DNA from: Octopus bimaculoides
Lineage: Eukaryota
Direction: 5' to 3'
DNA length: 64,000 nucleotides
NCBI RefSeq assembly: GCF_001194135.2
Contig: NC_068982.1
Location: forward strand, 8,982,294-9,046,293
A program made the translations under genes and the position numbers. The notes under the pieces are model-generated. The model did not search any database. It worked only from the letters and a program-made list of their open reading frames with translations, and was not told the DNA's origin. Shown in pieces: positions 39,542 through 52,299 of the stretch. Position 1 is the stretch's first letter, and each line of letters opens with the position of its first letter.

Positions 39542-40471
39542 TTTATATAAATGCGAGTTAAGATTTCTGCCTCCAAAGAAATCTCTCAATAGACCCTTGA
39601 CTTGCAAGAAAGGTAAACTAAATCTACCTCAAACAACACGGTTTAGCTTTTTAAAAGAAGGAAAATTTAATATTGAATAATGTAAATCCAAGGTACTTAA
39701 AAAAGACGAGCTGGAGACCACTCTAATGCATTCGAACAGAAGTTTACTCTCATCAATCAGGGATGACTTAACAATGGCATCACTGGATCAACAACAGCGC
39801 AATGGTTTTATATTGTTTGGAAAGGTAGGTATTAACGTCGGAGGTTGTTCGACCTGAATTACGTTCATCTTGTATTTTTAATGATGTTTTACGTAGTCGA
39901 TTGATTGACATGCTTTAAATTGTCACTCATATTGCCATTCAGTTATTTCGCTTATAACTTGCCATCATTACAATGTAAGACATATTAATATGATGGCGTG
40001 GTGGCAGCTGGACCTTCTTTGTTAATGAGTCTAGCTGATTAGGTCAGATTTAAGAGTTAAGAACAGAAACGGTGGTAAAAACCTAACACTACTCTGTAGA
40101 GTATGTTCCTTCATTTTTTTAAACCTAACGAACCACAATTTAAATTTATTGGCCAAGCTTTAAACTGACTGCGCTGAGATATAAACATCGTTTTCATTTT
40201 CTTTGGCTGTGAGCCCAGTAATTCATTGATTTGTTCATAATATAAACCACGTACTTATATATACAATATTTATTGATGCATTTATCTCCCGGCAGTAACA
40301 TAATCATGCGGCTTTATATTCTGAAAACTTTTTAACAAGTTCGTTTCATTTTTAAGCGAACTAAGTCTTATACATTCATTGGAGTATTAAAATTGCCCTT
40401 GCATATATAATACATATACACAAGCACATACTATATAGTGAGCCAAATTGATGTAGGAACAATTATACAGA

Positions 40472-41329
40472 CAGGGTGCAATGGATAAATTTACGTTATT
40501 CTATATTTTCAATTTCGCGCATGCACATTGTTTGTTTTTGATTTTTCGATCACAGTGTATAGTAGGGTCAGTTGGACACCGTCTGTGAGAAAAGCGGCAC
40601 CATGACGCAATTCACTCAGCTAGAAATTTGGAAACGGCATGCTGTACACTCACGCCGGAAGCTTCAATACGAACATTTCAGAGTGTTTGCGTGTCAATTT
40701 GAGGACAGCGCAATCTGAGGACATGTACCGAGAGTGATAAAAATCAAACGTCCAGTCAACATCATGGTGTTTGAAGTGATCAAAAGTGATGACGAAGTTA
40801 TGCCTCTATCTTCCCACACGGACTCAGACTCAACAAGGAGGCTTACATCAAGTGCCTGGCGGAGGTAGTGCTGTCCTGGGTCAAGAGGGTGGCTGCTAGA
40901 AGACCCTATGCCTGCCAACAGGACTCTGCACCATGCCACACAAGCAGGAGGACTTAGTCATGGTTGTCGATTTCTGCGGTCACATCACCCCTAACATCTG
41001 GTCAACTAACTCCCCAACTGCTGCCCCTTGATTATTATGTATGGGGCGCAGTTGAGCGAGAGACCAACAGGACTCCTTTTAACACCAAAGATGAAGTGAA
41101 GGCCAGGATTATGGCAGCATTCACCAACTTAAACAAGGAGACCGTCCAGAGGAGTTGTAGGAGATTCCGAAGTCGTCTGGGGTCGTGATTGAAGCCAATG
41201 GCGATTTTATTGAATAAATTTACTCTTAAGTATTTCAAGATATTTTCATGTAATTTTGGTAAACATATCTGTTAAAATGAGATATCGGTGGTATTTTCAT
41301 TTAGACGACAGTTTATTCATAGCAACCTG
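40472..41329 (+). mobile_element. Non-autonomous maT-type (DD37D-like) Tc1/mariner deletion derivative, copy 2
   Basis: TIRs cagggtgcaatggataaatt and caggttgctatgaataaact (16/20 match); MTQFTQLEIWKRHA fused to RPVNIMVFEV..QQDSAPCHTSRRT..LDYYVWGAVERETNRTP..RFRSRL. Confidence 0.85.
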
Positions 41330-41330
41330 G

Positions 41331-41367
<37 letters not shown>

Positions 41368-41427
41368 TATATATATACAAATATATGTATGTACGTATCA
41401 ATATGTGTGTGTGTGTATATAAGTGGA

Positions 41428-41572
41428 CGGAGGCGTGGGTGCTTGGTTAAAAAGCTCGCTATGCTATCCTGTGGTTTCGGAGTTAATTCATCTCCGCGGC
41501 TACCGTCTTCTTCTATAGCCAATACTTTGTAGATGAATTTGGCAGGTCAAAACTGTGCAGAAGCCCTCCATA
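41428..41572 (+). mobile_element. SINE family A, 5' half, decayed
   Basis: ggaggcgtgggtgcttggttaaaaagctcgct..tcttctatagcc..gatgaatttggcagg..gaagccc. Confidence 0.6.
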
Positions 41573-41948
41573 AATATATATGTATGTGTTTATGTGTGTG
41601 TGTACTTGGGAAGAGAATTAGAGATGCTCACGTAAGATGGAGAGAAATGCTATAGCGGTGGCTGCAAGTGTCGAAACAATGAACAAATCAGGCAAAAAAG
41701 AGTGGAAAGGGCGGGTCTGGTAAAAATAAAAGTTACACACATGATCAGAAGTCCTGAGAGTCGAGAGATGGTGATGTAGTAATAGATTGTAAAAGACGAA
41801 AATTAGTGGGCTTAACATAGCGAAGCTTGGTAGAACAGCACGATGGTGGAAATAGACAAAATGATGGAAAAGGAAAAGAGTGAAAAAAAAAAAAGGGGAG
41901 GAAAGAAATGTAGGATATATGAAGTTTTAGACGTGGAAGACTTTATGG

Positions 41949-41986
<38 letters not shown>

Positions 41987-44135
41987 TATGCCTGTTAGCG
42001 AGTTAGGTGTAATGCGCGAGTGTCCGGTGGTGGAGAACTGTGCAAGTGAGAATATATGTGTAGGCGAGTGTTTACATGTGAGAGAGAGAGTATAAGGGGA
42101 ACGTGTGTAAACGTGTGTGTGTGTGTGCGTGAGTGTGTAAGAGGAGCGTGTGACAGTATACCTGTGCTTGTGTGTGCACCTTTAATGAAGCAGAAAGTTA
42201 CGTGAAGGAGTGTTGGTTAGCATTTCTAGCAGGTTTAAATGACCACATGTAGAGTTTTTTCAATAGATTCTCTAATGTATTTGAAAGAATAGTTGGGAAG
42301 GTCTAGTAAGGAGTGAGTGGTGGAATGTGAGTGGTGTGAACTGATGATGTACATGGGCAGCTAGTTGTTGTGGAGGTTGAAGTGGAGATGTGTTTTTGTA
42401 AGCTCCATTCTGAATTATGCAGTACAAAATGTGTTTTATTTTCCGTTTTTCCATAAACTTCATGTGTAGAAATTTTCCTTCATGAATTTATCAAAAGCTT
42501 TTAGAGGAGAAAATGTATTTACAAACACTATTTCAATAGAAAAGTTGATGCAAAAAATATTGATTTCGAAATTTGGCACAACATCGCAAATTTTGAAAAA
42601 TCGTCGGTTGTTAACTTAATAGTCAGTTATTAACTTAAAAACATGCATGTAGTCAAAAGTGAGAACACTCTACAGCTAAGATATATCATTCAAATGCATA
42701 CATATACATATATATAATATCTATCCATCTATCTATATATAATATTATGAGTGCCATAGAAATAGTACAGATGGAAGCAAGCCATGGATATATACAGACA
42801 TTGCTTTGGTGCATATTTAGTTTTAGATACTGCAACATTGTATAATTTATTAGAGTTAGTTTCGTTGTGAAGGCGGGTGATATTTTTAGTAGAAACAATT
42901 GAACTTGTTTTATATCCATCCACCAATATTTGACTTCCGCTAAGTCGGAGAAAGAAAACTTGTGGTATGTTTGTGAATTCAGATACTGTCAATGTTAACT
43001 TTACCATTCATACTTGCCGGAATTATATTTAATCAATTATATCCATTCTCAAAACACCTACTCCTCTCCTATTATTAGAAATACATATGACATCGCTGTT
43101 TCTTCTGATCTGGTCAGATTTTACGATATTTATTTATATCTAATTGTAACTACTTCGATCAAAACTAAATGTTTAGGGTTACTGCAACGGGTACAACACA
43201 ATACCAGTTACATATTAGGGAATTGCAGTGGGATTCAATTAGTTTTATTCCTTTGTGAATTCTTTATTTCTTTATCTATATCCATCATTTCTTAAAAGTA
43301 ATGCTAAATAATTATACGACGGTTCTTTTCACTACACTGCCCATAACAGTATTTTTATGAAGGTAAAACAGGCAATAACGTTTCCGAAGGTCCCACAAAT
43401 ATGCTTTGAAAAGCAGTTGAGGTTCGGTTTTTTTTAAGCAGACGACCTGACCCAAGGTAGGGCGGACTATGCTACGGACACCCAGGGACCGCGTAACGTT
43501 ATTAAACAATGGTTACGATTTACTTCCGAGAAAACAAAGAATGAAACTTAGTCGAGATTTATCCACATGTTTAACCTTATATAAATTTGTTCAGTTTGTG
43601 TTCATTAGATATACTGTGCTAGAAAAAAATTGATCTTCTTCAGGCTTGAAGTGTGATACTGTCTTGTGTCAGAAGTATAACAAAAATCAATGCACATAAT
43701 AACGGGCAAAAACAATGTATTTATTTATTGATTACATTTGACTTTATACAAGGTCAAATTTTCTGAGGGAGTATAAAGAACTCAGATAAATTCCAGTATA
43801 TTATGGGTAATTATTTCATTGAACTTGTTACAATGCTCATTCGGGACAATGCTCCTCTTCTGCCTCTATGCCTTGATAATCAGTAGCTTAAATTAGTCTT
43901 TTTAAATGGTTCATTCAATGCAAAAATATATCGGTGTATATAAACCTTTTATCAAATCTAGGAGTTCCTACATTTTCAAATACAAAGTGAACTTATCAAA
44001 GTGGATCAATTCATCATATTTCTCTGCGTTTTCTCATTCACACTTTAAAACGCAGGAACCAGATAAACAATAAGATCGTTCGCGTGTATCTAATGGGAAA
44101 TTTTATGAATGTGGATCATAGAATTTACACGTATA

Positions 44136-44139
<4 letters not shown>

Positions 44140-44195
<56 letters not shown>

Positions 44196-44326
44196 GTGTA
44201 GGTCTCTGTGTGTGAAGGTATGTGTGTATATATATATGTTTGTATGTATATGTGCATATACATGCGTGTAGGTGTGTATGTAGGTATGCTTGTATATATG
44301 TATGTATATGTGCATATAAATGCGTG

Positions 44327-44370
<44 letters not shown>
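44140..44370. repeat. (TA)n/(TATG)n microsatellite
   Basis: Direct inspection. Confidence 0.95.
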
Positions 44371-44704
44371 CTTATGGGCATCTTATCAAATTCCTTTGCT
44401 TATGGCTTCAGGGGCAATATGTGTGAAGACGCTCAGACTATACTTATTAACAGAGAGTAGTTAAAACTTACCACTGGTTCATGACTATAATGTGTAAATG
44501 GTGGGAGGGGGCGTACGAGTATGTGGGTGTACATACGTTATGCAAACAAGTTGGTAAAGTCATTAGAGTGACTGACAGATTTGTACCATTTGTTTCCAGT
44601 CATGGCACTCTGATTTCTAATTTCAGTGAGATGAATTTTGTTCTTTCAAGTTCCATATATGGAATACGAGACCAGAGTGGCAGACGATATTTTGGATCTA
44701 ACTT

Positions 44705-45650
44705 TGGTAGGTTTCGGCCAGTGTAGGTCCAGGCCATGCCTAACTTAATAGCATCACCTGGTGAAGTCTTTTAGTCATATATGGGACACTATGGCCTACT
44801 CTAGCAAAGAGTTATTATTATTGGAGACACATCCGGGTGTAGGAGGTTGATCCGGGATCTTTTGAAGAAATTTGTCCAGAAAACTTTTGAGTTTATGGGA
44901 TCCATTTCCGTTTTGACGTATTTTGATATGGTATTAAAGAGAGTTGGACCGGTTGAGGTAAAGTAATTGTGACTCAATGCTGCTCTGTGTACCGAGTTCG
45001 ATTTTTGTAGTGGGTGGATAGCACGGGGTGGGGGGAACAAGTCTTGGATGGATTTCAAAATTTATGCCAGCATCATCTGTGCAATATTGATGGAATATTT
45101 TCCACATCACACAATCGATGTAGCGCTCCCGGCGGCGTTGGAGAGAGTAGAGATTGAGTTTGTTTTAGTCGACCCCAATAATCAATGCCTCTCATGCCAT
45201 CTGCCTTTCTTGTTATTGACCTCTGGAATGCTTCCACGTTCATAATGAGTTGCTTCGTATGGGGAGACCACAGCGGGAAACAGTATTCAAGGTGGGGTCG
45301 GACAAAAGTAGAGTAAAAAAGGAGGACGGTGTAGGCATCTCTAGACCGAAAAGTTCTCAGAATCCAGGAGCACATCTTGTATGCTGTTTACGTGGGAACT
45401 CCAGCTTAGATTGTTATCAGCAATTACTCCAAGGTCTCTGTCGTTGTTGGATGACACTAGGGAGTGCCTTTTGCATACTTAATGCAATTATAGGGATACA
45501 TTCGTGACAAACTGTCTCGATTTTGCTTTTGTGAGTACGACACTGGAACCACAACGTCAGGAAATAAGAATGCGTGGGAAACAACAATTTTTTCCAAAAG
45601 AAGAGTCATTGCAAACCTACATCTTAAACAGGAGCTTTGTATAACAAACA
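44705..45650 (-). mobile_element. CR1/L2-group LINE 3' fragment including 3' UTR
   Basis: WILRTFRSRD..FVRPHLEYCFPLWSPH..VEAFQRSITR, then SLQRRRER, TGPTLFN and PDQPPTPG; typical C-terminal RT region of CR1-group LINEs. Confidence 0.85.
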
Positions 45651-45689
45651 GAACTAGAACAAACAAATAATTCCATTGATGTTTTCCAT

Positions 45690-45770
45690 CTCTTACTTGT
45701 TTCAGTCATTGGACTGCGGCCATGTTTGGGCACGGCCTTGAAGTGTTTAGTGTAACAAATCGACCCCAGC
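45690..45770 (-). mobile_element. SINE family A tail
   Basis: cttacttgtttcagtcattggactgcggccatg..aaatcgaccccag. Confidence 0.8.
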
Positions 45771-45785
45771 AATTATTATTATTAT

Positions 45786-46806
45786 TTTCGCTTGGCTCAG
45801 GTTCGGTCTTATTCCTGGTAGGAATTATGTGGATCGTGGATTATTATCTGCAACCTTATCTACTCACTCGATTTCAGCAGTATTTCAAGTGCTTAGAACT
45901 CTCCTGATAATCCTTGCTGTCCCTAAGAGACAAACTTTCTATCGGAGCTCTACCGGGCATTCTATTTCAATCTTCTTCAGCCATTTGTTTATGTCTTGGC
46001 TTACTTTTTCCAACAATAATCATTCATGTTCTTTTTTTATTCACCACAATAATGTCCGATTTCTTATTTCTGGTCAGCTGATCGTACTGGATCATTACAT
46101 CCCACAGGATTTTGTAATTATGATTTTAGGTGACTCTTTCTGGGGTTTGCTTATACCACGTCTTTTGCTCATTGTAGACCGTGATTTCCACAGAGCTCCC
46201 AATAGATCATTCTTGCCACATTGTCATGGCGTCGTTGTATACGCATTCTGCAAATTTCGGGCATTCTAATGATGTGCCATACCGTTTCACCCCTCTTACT
46301 GCACATTCTGCATTTGTCGCTATCGGTAGTGTTGTCAATTGTGCACTTCATATAATTGGTCCTTAACGCTTTTTTCTGAGCTGTACATATGAGTGCCTCT
46401 GTCTATATATTCAGGTCACTCCTCCTCATCCATAGCCACCGGTCCTCTGTATCTGTCCTGGCATTCACACCTCTTGCAAACTGACTGTACATTTTTACCT
46501 TCCATGTTTTGTCTTTTTTTTTTTGTTCATTCCTTGTTTAAATTTTTCTTTAGTAACGTAATTTTCAGCTTTGATGACGCCGGCCTTCTTTGTGTGTTTC
46601 AACAGTGGCTCCATGGCATTTTTTTCTTATACCACCCAAGGCTGTTTTCCTCTGCTTCAATACAGTCTAGGTAACTATTGAAACCTCTCCTACCCTTTCT
46701 TCTGAACAAGTACGGCTTACCGGTGTCACTCTTAGGGCAGAAGGCTCCGTCTACTGTCAACATTTCTCTGGTCTTGGTATCCATTTTCTTCATATCTTTC
46801 TTTTGC
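45786..46806 (-). mobile_element. R4/Dong-clade LINE 3' fragment flanked by (ATT)n
   Basis: KKMDTKTREML..CPKSD, DKCRMCSKRGETVWHI, RRHDNVARMIYWELC, and the RLE region; (ATT)-rich runs at 45772-45785 and 46807-46837. Confidence 0.85.
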
Positions 46807-47795
46807 CATTATTATTATCATTATCATTATTATTATTAGAATTGTCAGATAAATGAACCTCAGAATTATATAAAGAAAAAAAACACAGAAAATGATATTA
46901 AAGTACAACAGTTTTAAACAAATTTAACAGAAGAAGGCGGTTGTGCAATTATTTACAAATAGCTGAAATACGAAATCATGAACGATTGAATAATTGTATA
47001 AAAGAATAGATAATCTTAATGAAACGGAATAAAAATAAGAAATACAACAATATTTTTCTTTTGAAGTAAGTTAATTTTACATAACAGCGTCGTTGAGTTT
47101 AGTTATATCTACATCTAAAGACGATAAAGATTGGTTTTATTTTATTACGCAAATTAAAATCAAATATAGTTATTTTCTTTCAGACTAGTTAAAGTTATAA
47201 TTAATGTTCTGTGTATTTGCTTCTTTGGTGAGACAATAGAATCGTGTATTTTCAGTAATGTTTGAACTTAACAAACTCCGAAACACAGATAAACGATTAG
47301 GTATTTATAAATTTAGACGTTAGTAAAGTTGTAATTATATTTATGTAAATTATGTATAATGTAAAAAACGAATCAAATACTTGAAAGATTCATAGTTCGA
47401 ATTCACGCAAAATACTTATGAACCGCTCGGGAGAAAGTACTCAAAAATGTTTAGCTAATAGAGTAAACCGAAATCACTGTAGAGTACACAGACCGAAGAA
47501 TTTGCAAGGTATTTTAAAATGCAAAATTATATATTCATATATGTTTTGTAATTTTAACTTTGTGACACAAAACTTTTGTAGGGTGAATATCTTAATTAAT
47601 AAATTTGTGTCCATTAGATCTGTTTTCAAACTTAATAACATTTGATATTTTACGATATTTTATATAATATATTTATTGAAGAAATATCTCTTCAAATTAC
47701 AATATATTAAACAAGTGTATCTTGGATAAAAATATCCCTGTAAGAGGTGTAAATATCCTCATTGTGACCATATATTATATTATATTATATTATAT

Positions 47796-47799
<4 letters not shown>

Positions 47800-47862
<63 letters not shown>

Positions 47863-47997
47863 CAAGAAGAAAATTGAGGGAATTCAGAGGTAGTATTCAT
47901 CAGCTGTTAGACATTATATTAAATCCATTTATTTAAAACAGCTCTCACAATATATATACATTGTGTAAAGTACTAGAAATTACTAGTACTTTACACA

Positions 47998-48046
<49 letters not shown>

Positions 48047-48190
48047 CAAGAAGAAAATTGAGGGAATTCAGAGGTAGTATTCATCAGCTGTTAGGCATTA
48101 TATTAAATCCATTAAATTAAAACAGCTCTCACAATATATATTCATTGTGTAAAGTACTAGAAATTACTAGTACTTGACACACACACACGT
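47800..48190. repeat. Tandem duplication of (GT)n plus a unique unit of about 140 bp
   Basis: ggcaagaagaaaattgagggaattcagagg..ctagtactt occurs at 47861-47997 and 48045-48180. Confidence 0.9.
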
Positions 48191-48992
48191 GCGTGCGTGC
48201 GTGCGTGCGTGTTATCAGAACGGTTCAAAATAAATAAATAGGCATAGTATAGTGTCTGGCAGCTGATGATTACTACCTATGGATTCCCTCCATTTTAGTA
48301 TTGCCATATAAATTAAGGGTCAAACCACCTGTTGCCCTCGCCCAGCTATTACACCCAGTTGTGTAACTGCCACGCAATAACCAACACTTGTGCATTGATT
48401 AGGTATTCTACCAGAAGTATATTGGATAGATACTATGCCTTAGTTGGTTGGATTCACTATCTATAACTCTCTTTGGATTATATATATATTAGCCTTGACA
48501 CGCGCAGGTTGCCCACACACATTTGCCCTTCGCAGTTTGCTTGTCCTGCATTGTGTGACAGCTGTGGATCACATCATTCTTCTCTGTCACGTCTGCTTGA
48601 CCACTACTAACTCTTTAGCTTATCAACCAAATCCACTCTCATATACGACTATTTACTCTTCTCGCAAATGAGACATTGTGTATTTCCATTACTATTTTAT
48701 GTTTACATCCTGTACGTTACATCAGGATAATCATCTGTTCGTTATGTCATCTGTGTATTTTATTAGCGTCTGCATCACAGCTTATTTTTGCTCCTTCCTA
48801 CATTTTCCCAGTTTTTAATATCCTTTGAATACTTTACCAATATTAAGTAATTTTTACCAATTTCTTCGATCTTTCATCTGTTCACAGATGTTGCATATGC
48901 TACTACCTTTTCACTCACTTCAGTGTGACGTCACTCATTCTTAAATAAACATCGTCACATCTCTACGCATTTTTGCTTTACACCTGTATATA

Positions 48993-49573
48993 CTGGTTGC
49001 AGCAGAAGTAACGCCCCCTTTTATTTGTTTTTATAGTTTTCTACTTTGTAGATTTCTACTTTTTTATTAATTTCCTTTGATATAATTTTCTATGTATTTT
49101 ATAATGCATCGTTTCTTTCTCTTTATTTCATCTACTGCAGTTTAAGCGTTGGGGAATGGTTAAATCTTAATTTTGAGCGGTGGTGGATAGAACAATGTGA
49201 AGCAACTGAGTTGCCATTACGATCACCAACTCTAGCACCACCTGACTTTTTCTTGTGGAGTGTACTGAAAGATGATGTTTACAAGCTTAAACCGAAAACA
49301 CTTCCTGAATTAAAACAAGCAATTTCTGATAATTTTTAAAAAAAAACATTAACATAGAAATGTGTCAAATGGTTTGTAGAACTGTTACTGATAGGGTTCG
49401 GCATTGTATTGAATACAAAAGGGAGCATTTTGAAGGTATTAGTTTGTTAATCATAAAAAGATCCATGTTGTTTTGATGAGACAATACTTATAAATTTTGC
49501 TAAACTTCTGTAATTTATTTTTGCTCAATAAAAGTTAATAAATAAAAAAGGACGTTACTTTTGCCGCATCCTG
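48993..49573 (+). mobile_element. Non-autonomous Tc1/mariner derivative (transposase C-terminus plus TIRs)
   Basis: TA|ctggttgcagcagaagtaacgccc versus reverse complement TA|caggatgcggcaaaagtaacgtcc; 49148-49336 encodes WLNLNFERWWI..LRSPTLAPPDFFLWSVLKDDVY..KTLPELKQAI. Confidence 0.8.
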
Positions 49574-50819
49574 TACTTCTATAATAGTTTCCACACACCT
49601 CTTCCTATCCTATTTGCTTCACCAATTTCTTTATTCCGGACACTCAATCTTGCTCTAACCTCTGCGCACACACACTTTCAAAACACCCACTTAACGATTG
49701 CAAATACACCAACTGCACTATTTCCCAATGTAATATGACGCCGTTCCTAAAACCATGTACGATGCGATCCGAAAAAATGACTATCCCAGGAGAATTATCC
49801 TGTTATTAAATCATGCATAAGCATCAACACAGAGAATAGTGGTGAAATATTTCTTTCAAATCTTTTACTAGATGCAAGCAAAACAGGCCGGACAATTGTT
49901 TATGATAAACAAGAATGGGAATATAATATTATAGAGACCAAATACATTGCTGATGAGAATATCTCTTCGAAAATCAACTGTTTCGGACAACTACTTCTAA
50001 ACTTTCAAGTTCTGTACCATGATAACGGTTTCACATAGAAGCCAAGAATAGTTGGTGTATTTAGTTTTGTTGATAATGCCCATGTGACAATCTGGAAAAG
50101 CATTGTGTATTTTCAAAGAAAAAAAAAACAGCTAGTTAATCTGCACGGTAAAAATACAATCTGTAAGCAAGACAGATAAACAGGCATTGCTTTTATTATT
50201 TACATTCTAATGATGAAGATTTGCCTCTTTGTTAGAAAACAGCTCCTTATTTACAGGAAGTCTTCAAATAATTAAAACTTGGAAAGAACAAACATACATA
50301 TAAACTTTTGCACACACACGTACATACATACATACATAATGTGTGTGTGTAAGTACAAATATATATTTATCGCTACGAGTCAATAAATATTGTTTTTATG
50401 GCCCAGTTTCAGATGGAATGGAACAAACATCCACTCCTTGCTATTTTCCGTATCAAATTGAGGCCAATATTTAATATCTATACAACTGTAAAAACCAATA
50501 TTTTGTTATTTAAGAACACAAAACTGCTACAATTGCTTCCGTTGTTCTCTAATAGGATGGCCTACGAATCAGCACAGTGTGATAGAACGGATAAGAAATG
50601 TTTCCAACTAAGCATTTCTTTCTCTTTTATTGCTCGATCTCAGATGCAGTCGATATTGAGCCAAGTATAAAAACATATGCAAACAGTAACTCACATTTAT
50701 ACACTCACACATACACACAAATGCTCTCACGTTTGAGCATATATTCGTACAACTTAGCTATTGTGTGCAAGCGCGTGTATGAGTTTTGGTAGAACCTCCA
50801 TTATTGATAGGAACAAAGT

Positions 50820-51150
50820 AATTTGTGATGATAATGGTTATGGTGCTAGTAAGTGGTGTTGGCCAGGAGTATAATAATGTTGATAATAATGACGAAGAGG
50901 ATAGTTATGATGCTACGGAAAATTGATGGTGCTATCTATTAAGGAATATGCGGAATGAAGAGAGTGGTGGTAATATTGAACATGTTCCGACTGTCATGAC
51001 AGTGGGGATTATGATGATAGTAACAGTGTTGGCAATGATAATGGTGATATTGATGATAATGGAAGGTGATTGTCCTGATGATGGTCGTGGTAGTGATGGC
51101 GCTCGTAATGGTGATAGTTATAGTGACGTCAATGATGAGCGATTCTGATG
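50820..51150. repeat. Degenerate (GAT/GGT) low-complexity tract
   Basis: Direct inspection. Confidence 0.8.
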
Positions 51151-51441
51151 TGGTCGTTAGAGAGAAGATAAACATCGAGTGATTAGTTTGTAACCAGAGA
51201 CTCGGCAGTTGAATATATTTAACTGACCATTACTGGCCACCCATATATGCGTGAGTGTGAGTGTGTGTGTTTGTATGTTTATATATATATTTATATGCAT
51301 GTGTGTGTGTGTGTGTGTAGAAAATAAGCATTTTATATTGATATAAAAAACACTCGCAAGCATACCCCAACCTCAAGCAAGTAGGTATGCTATCGGGCCC
51401 CTAAAAGCTACTGCAATTATAATGGCCTCCGCTCCTCATAC

Positions 51442-51484
51442 CTGGATGGAATCTTGCAGCCTCCACTCCGGTATTACCAACCCA
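51442..51484 (-). CDS. Candidate exon 3 of the minus-strand gene (WVGNTGVEAARFHP + G)
   Basis: Acceptor tgtgatttcag, donor CAG|GTATGA, 43 nt, phase 0 in and phase 1 out, GC-rich unique patch; in phase with exon 57414-57293. Confidence 0.4.
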
Positions 51485-52299
51485 CTGAAATCACAATTCC
51501 CAATCCTTTCATCTCAAAACGTGTGCCCTCTAGCTAGTAAGTGTTGATTTACAAAGGTTCAAAACTAAAAATGATGGAATTAGTATCACCCGTCGAAGGA
51601 GAACTGCAAATATCACTGGAGATTGCAACTTCCTTTCAATCGGGATATATAAACACACACAAACACACGCTCGCCCCCACCTCACGCACACATAAATACA
51701 TATATTTAACTAAATACATTAACATTTTTGAACAAAAATAAAATTCTACATTCTATTCCAGAAATATTTACTACTTTCGGCTCATTAATAGTTTCATGAT
51801 TACACGTGTGCAGGAATCATGTTTCTTGATGAAAAATAATTTCGCTCCGATAATCCTATGCAGATAAGGACTCTTAGTTTAAACACTTACGAATGAAAGA
51901 TCATGTTTAAATGGCGAAAAAAAAAACAAAACAAACAAAATACAAAATAGAAAATTCAAGAAGGAACGCTCAGGGAAATGGATAGAGTTAATATTTGGAA
52001 CATTATTCTTCTTCTTATTGTAGGGAAAGAGAGGAAGAAGATGAGAAGAAACGAGAAAAAAAATATATGTTTAAAAGAAATATACAATCGCGTCGAGAAT
52101 AAATTCATGTGGAGTTGGTCTATGTTGGATTTTGACTGGCCGGAAATTGAACAGCAATATAACTAAGGCGTTTAAGACAGCAGTTGGAATACAAGACCAA
52201 GTGTGTTTTTTTTAAATTCATTTGTGCATGTATCTGCGTATTTTGTTTGCGTGTGTGCATTTGTGCGGGAGGTCAGGAGAAGTATTCACTGTGTGAGAA

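Noticed and set aside
39693-39824. Plus-strand 132-nt frame ending in AAG|GTAGGT
   Set aside because: Good donor but poor acceptor, unrecognisable peptide and no corroborating exons.
44600-44757. Phase-compatible candidate last exon (GDAIKLGMAWTYTGRNLPKLDPKYRLPLWSRIPY..*) for the minus-strand gene
   Set aside because: Its acceptor and first 50 nt fall in what appears to be the LINE 3' UTR, and a competing exon ending at the GTAAGT donor near 44470 fits equally well; unresolved without RNA data.
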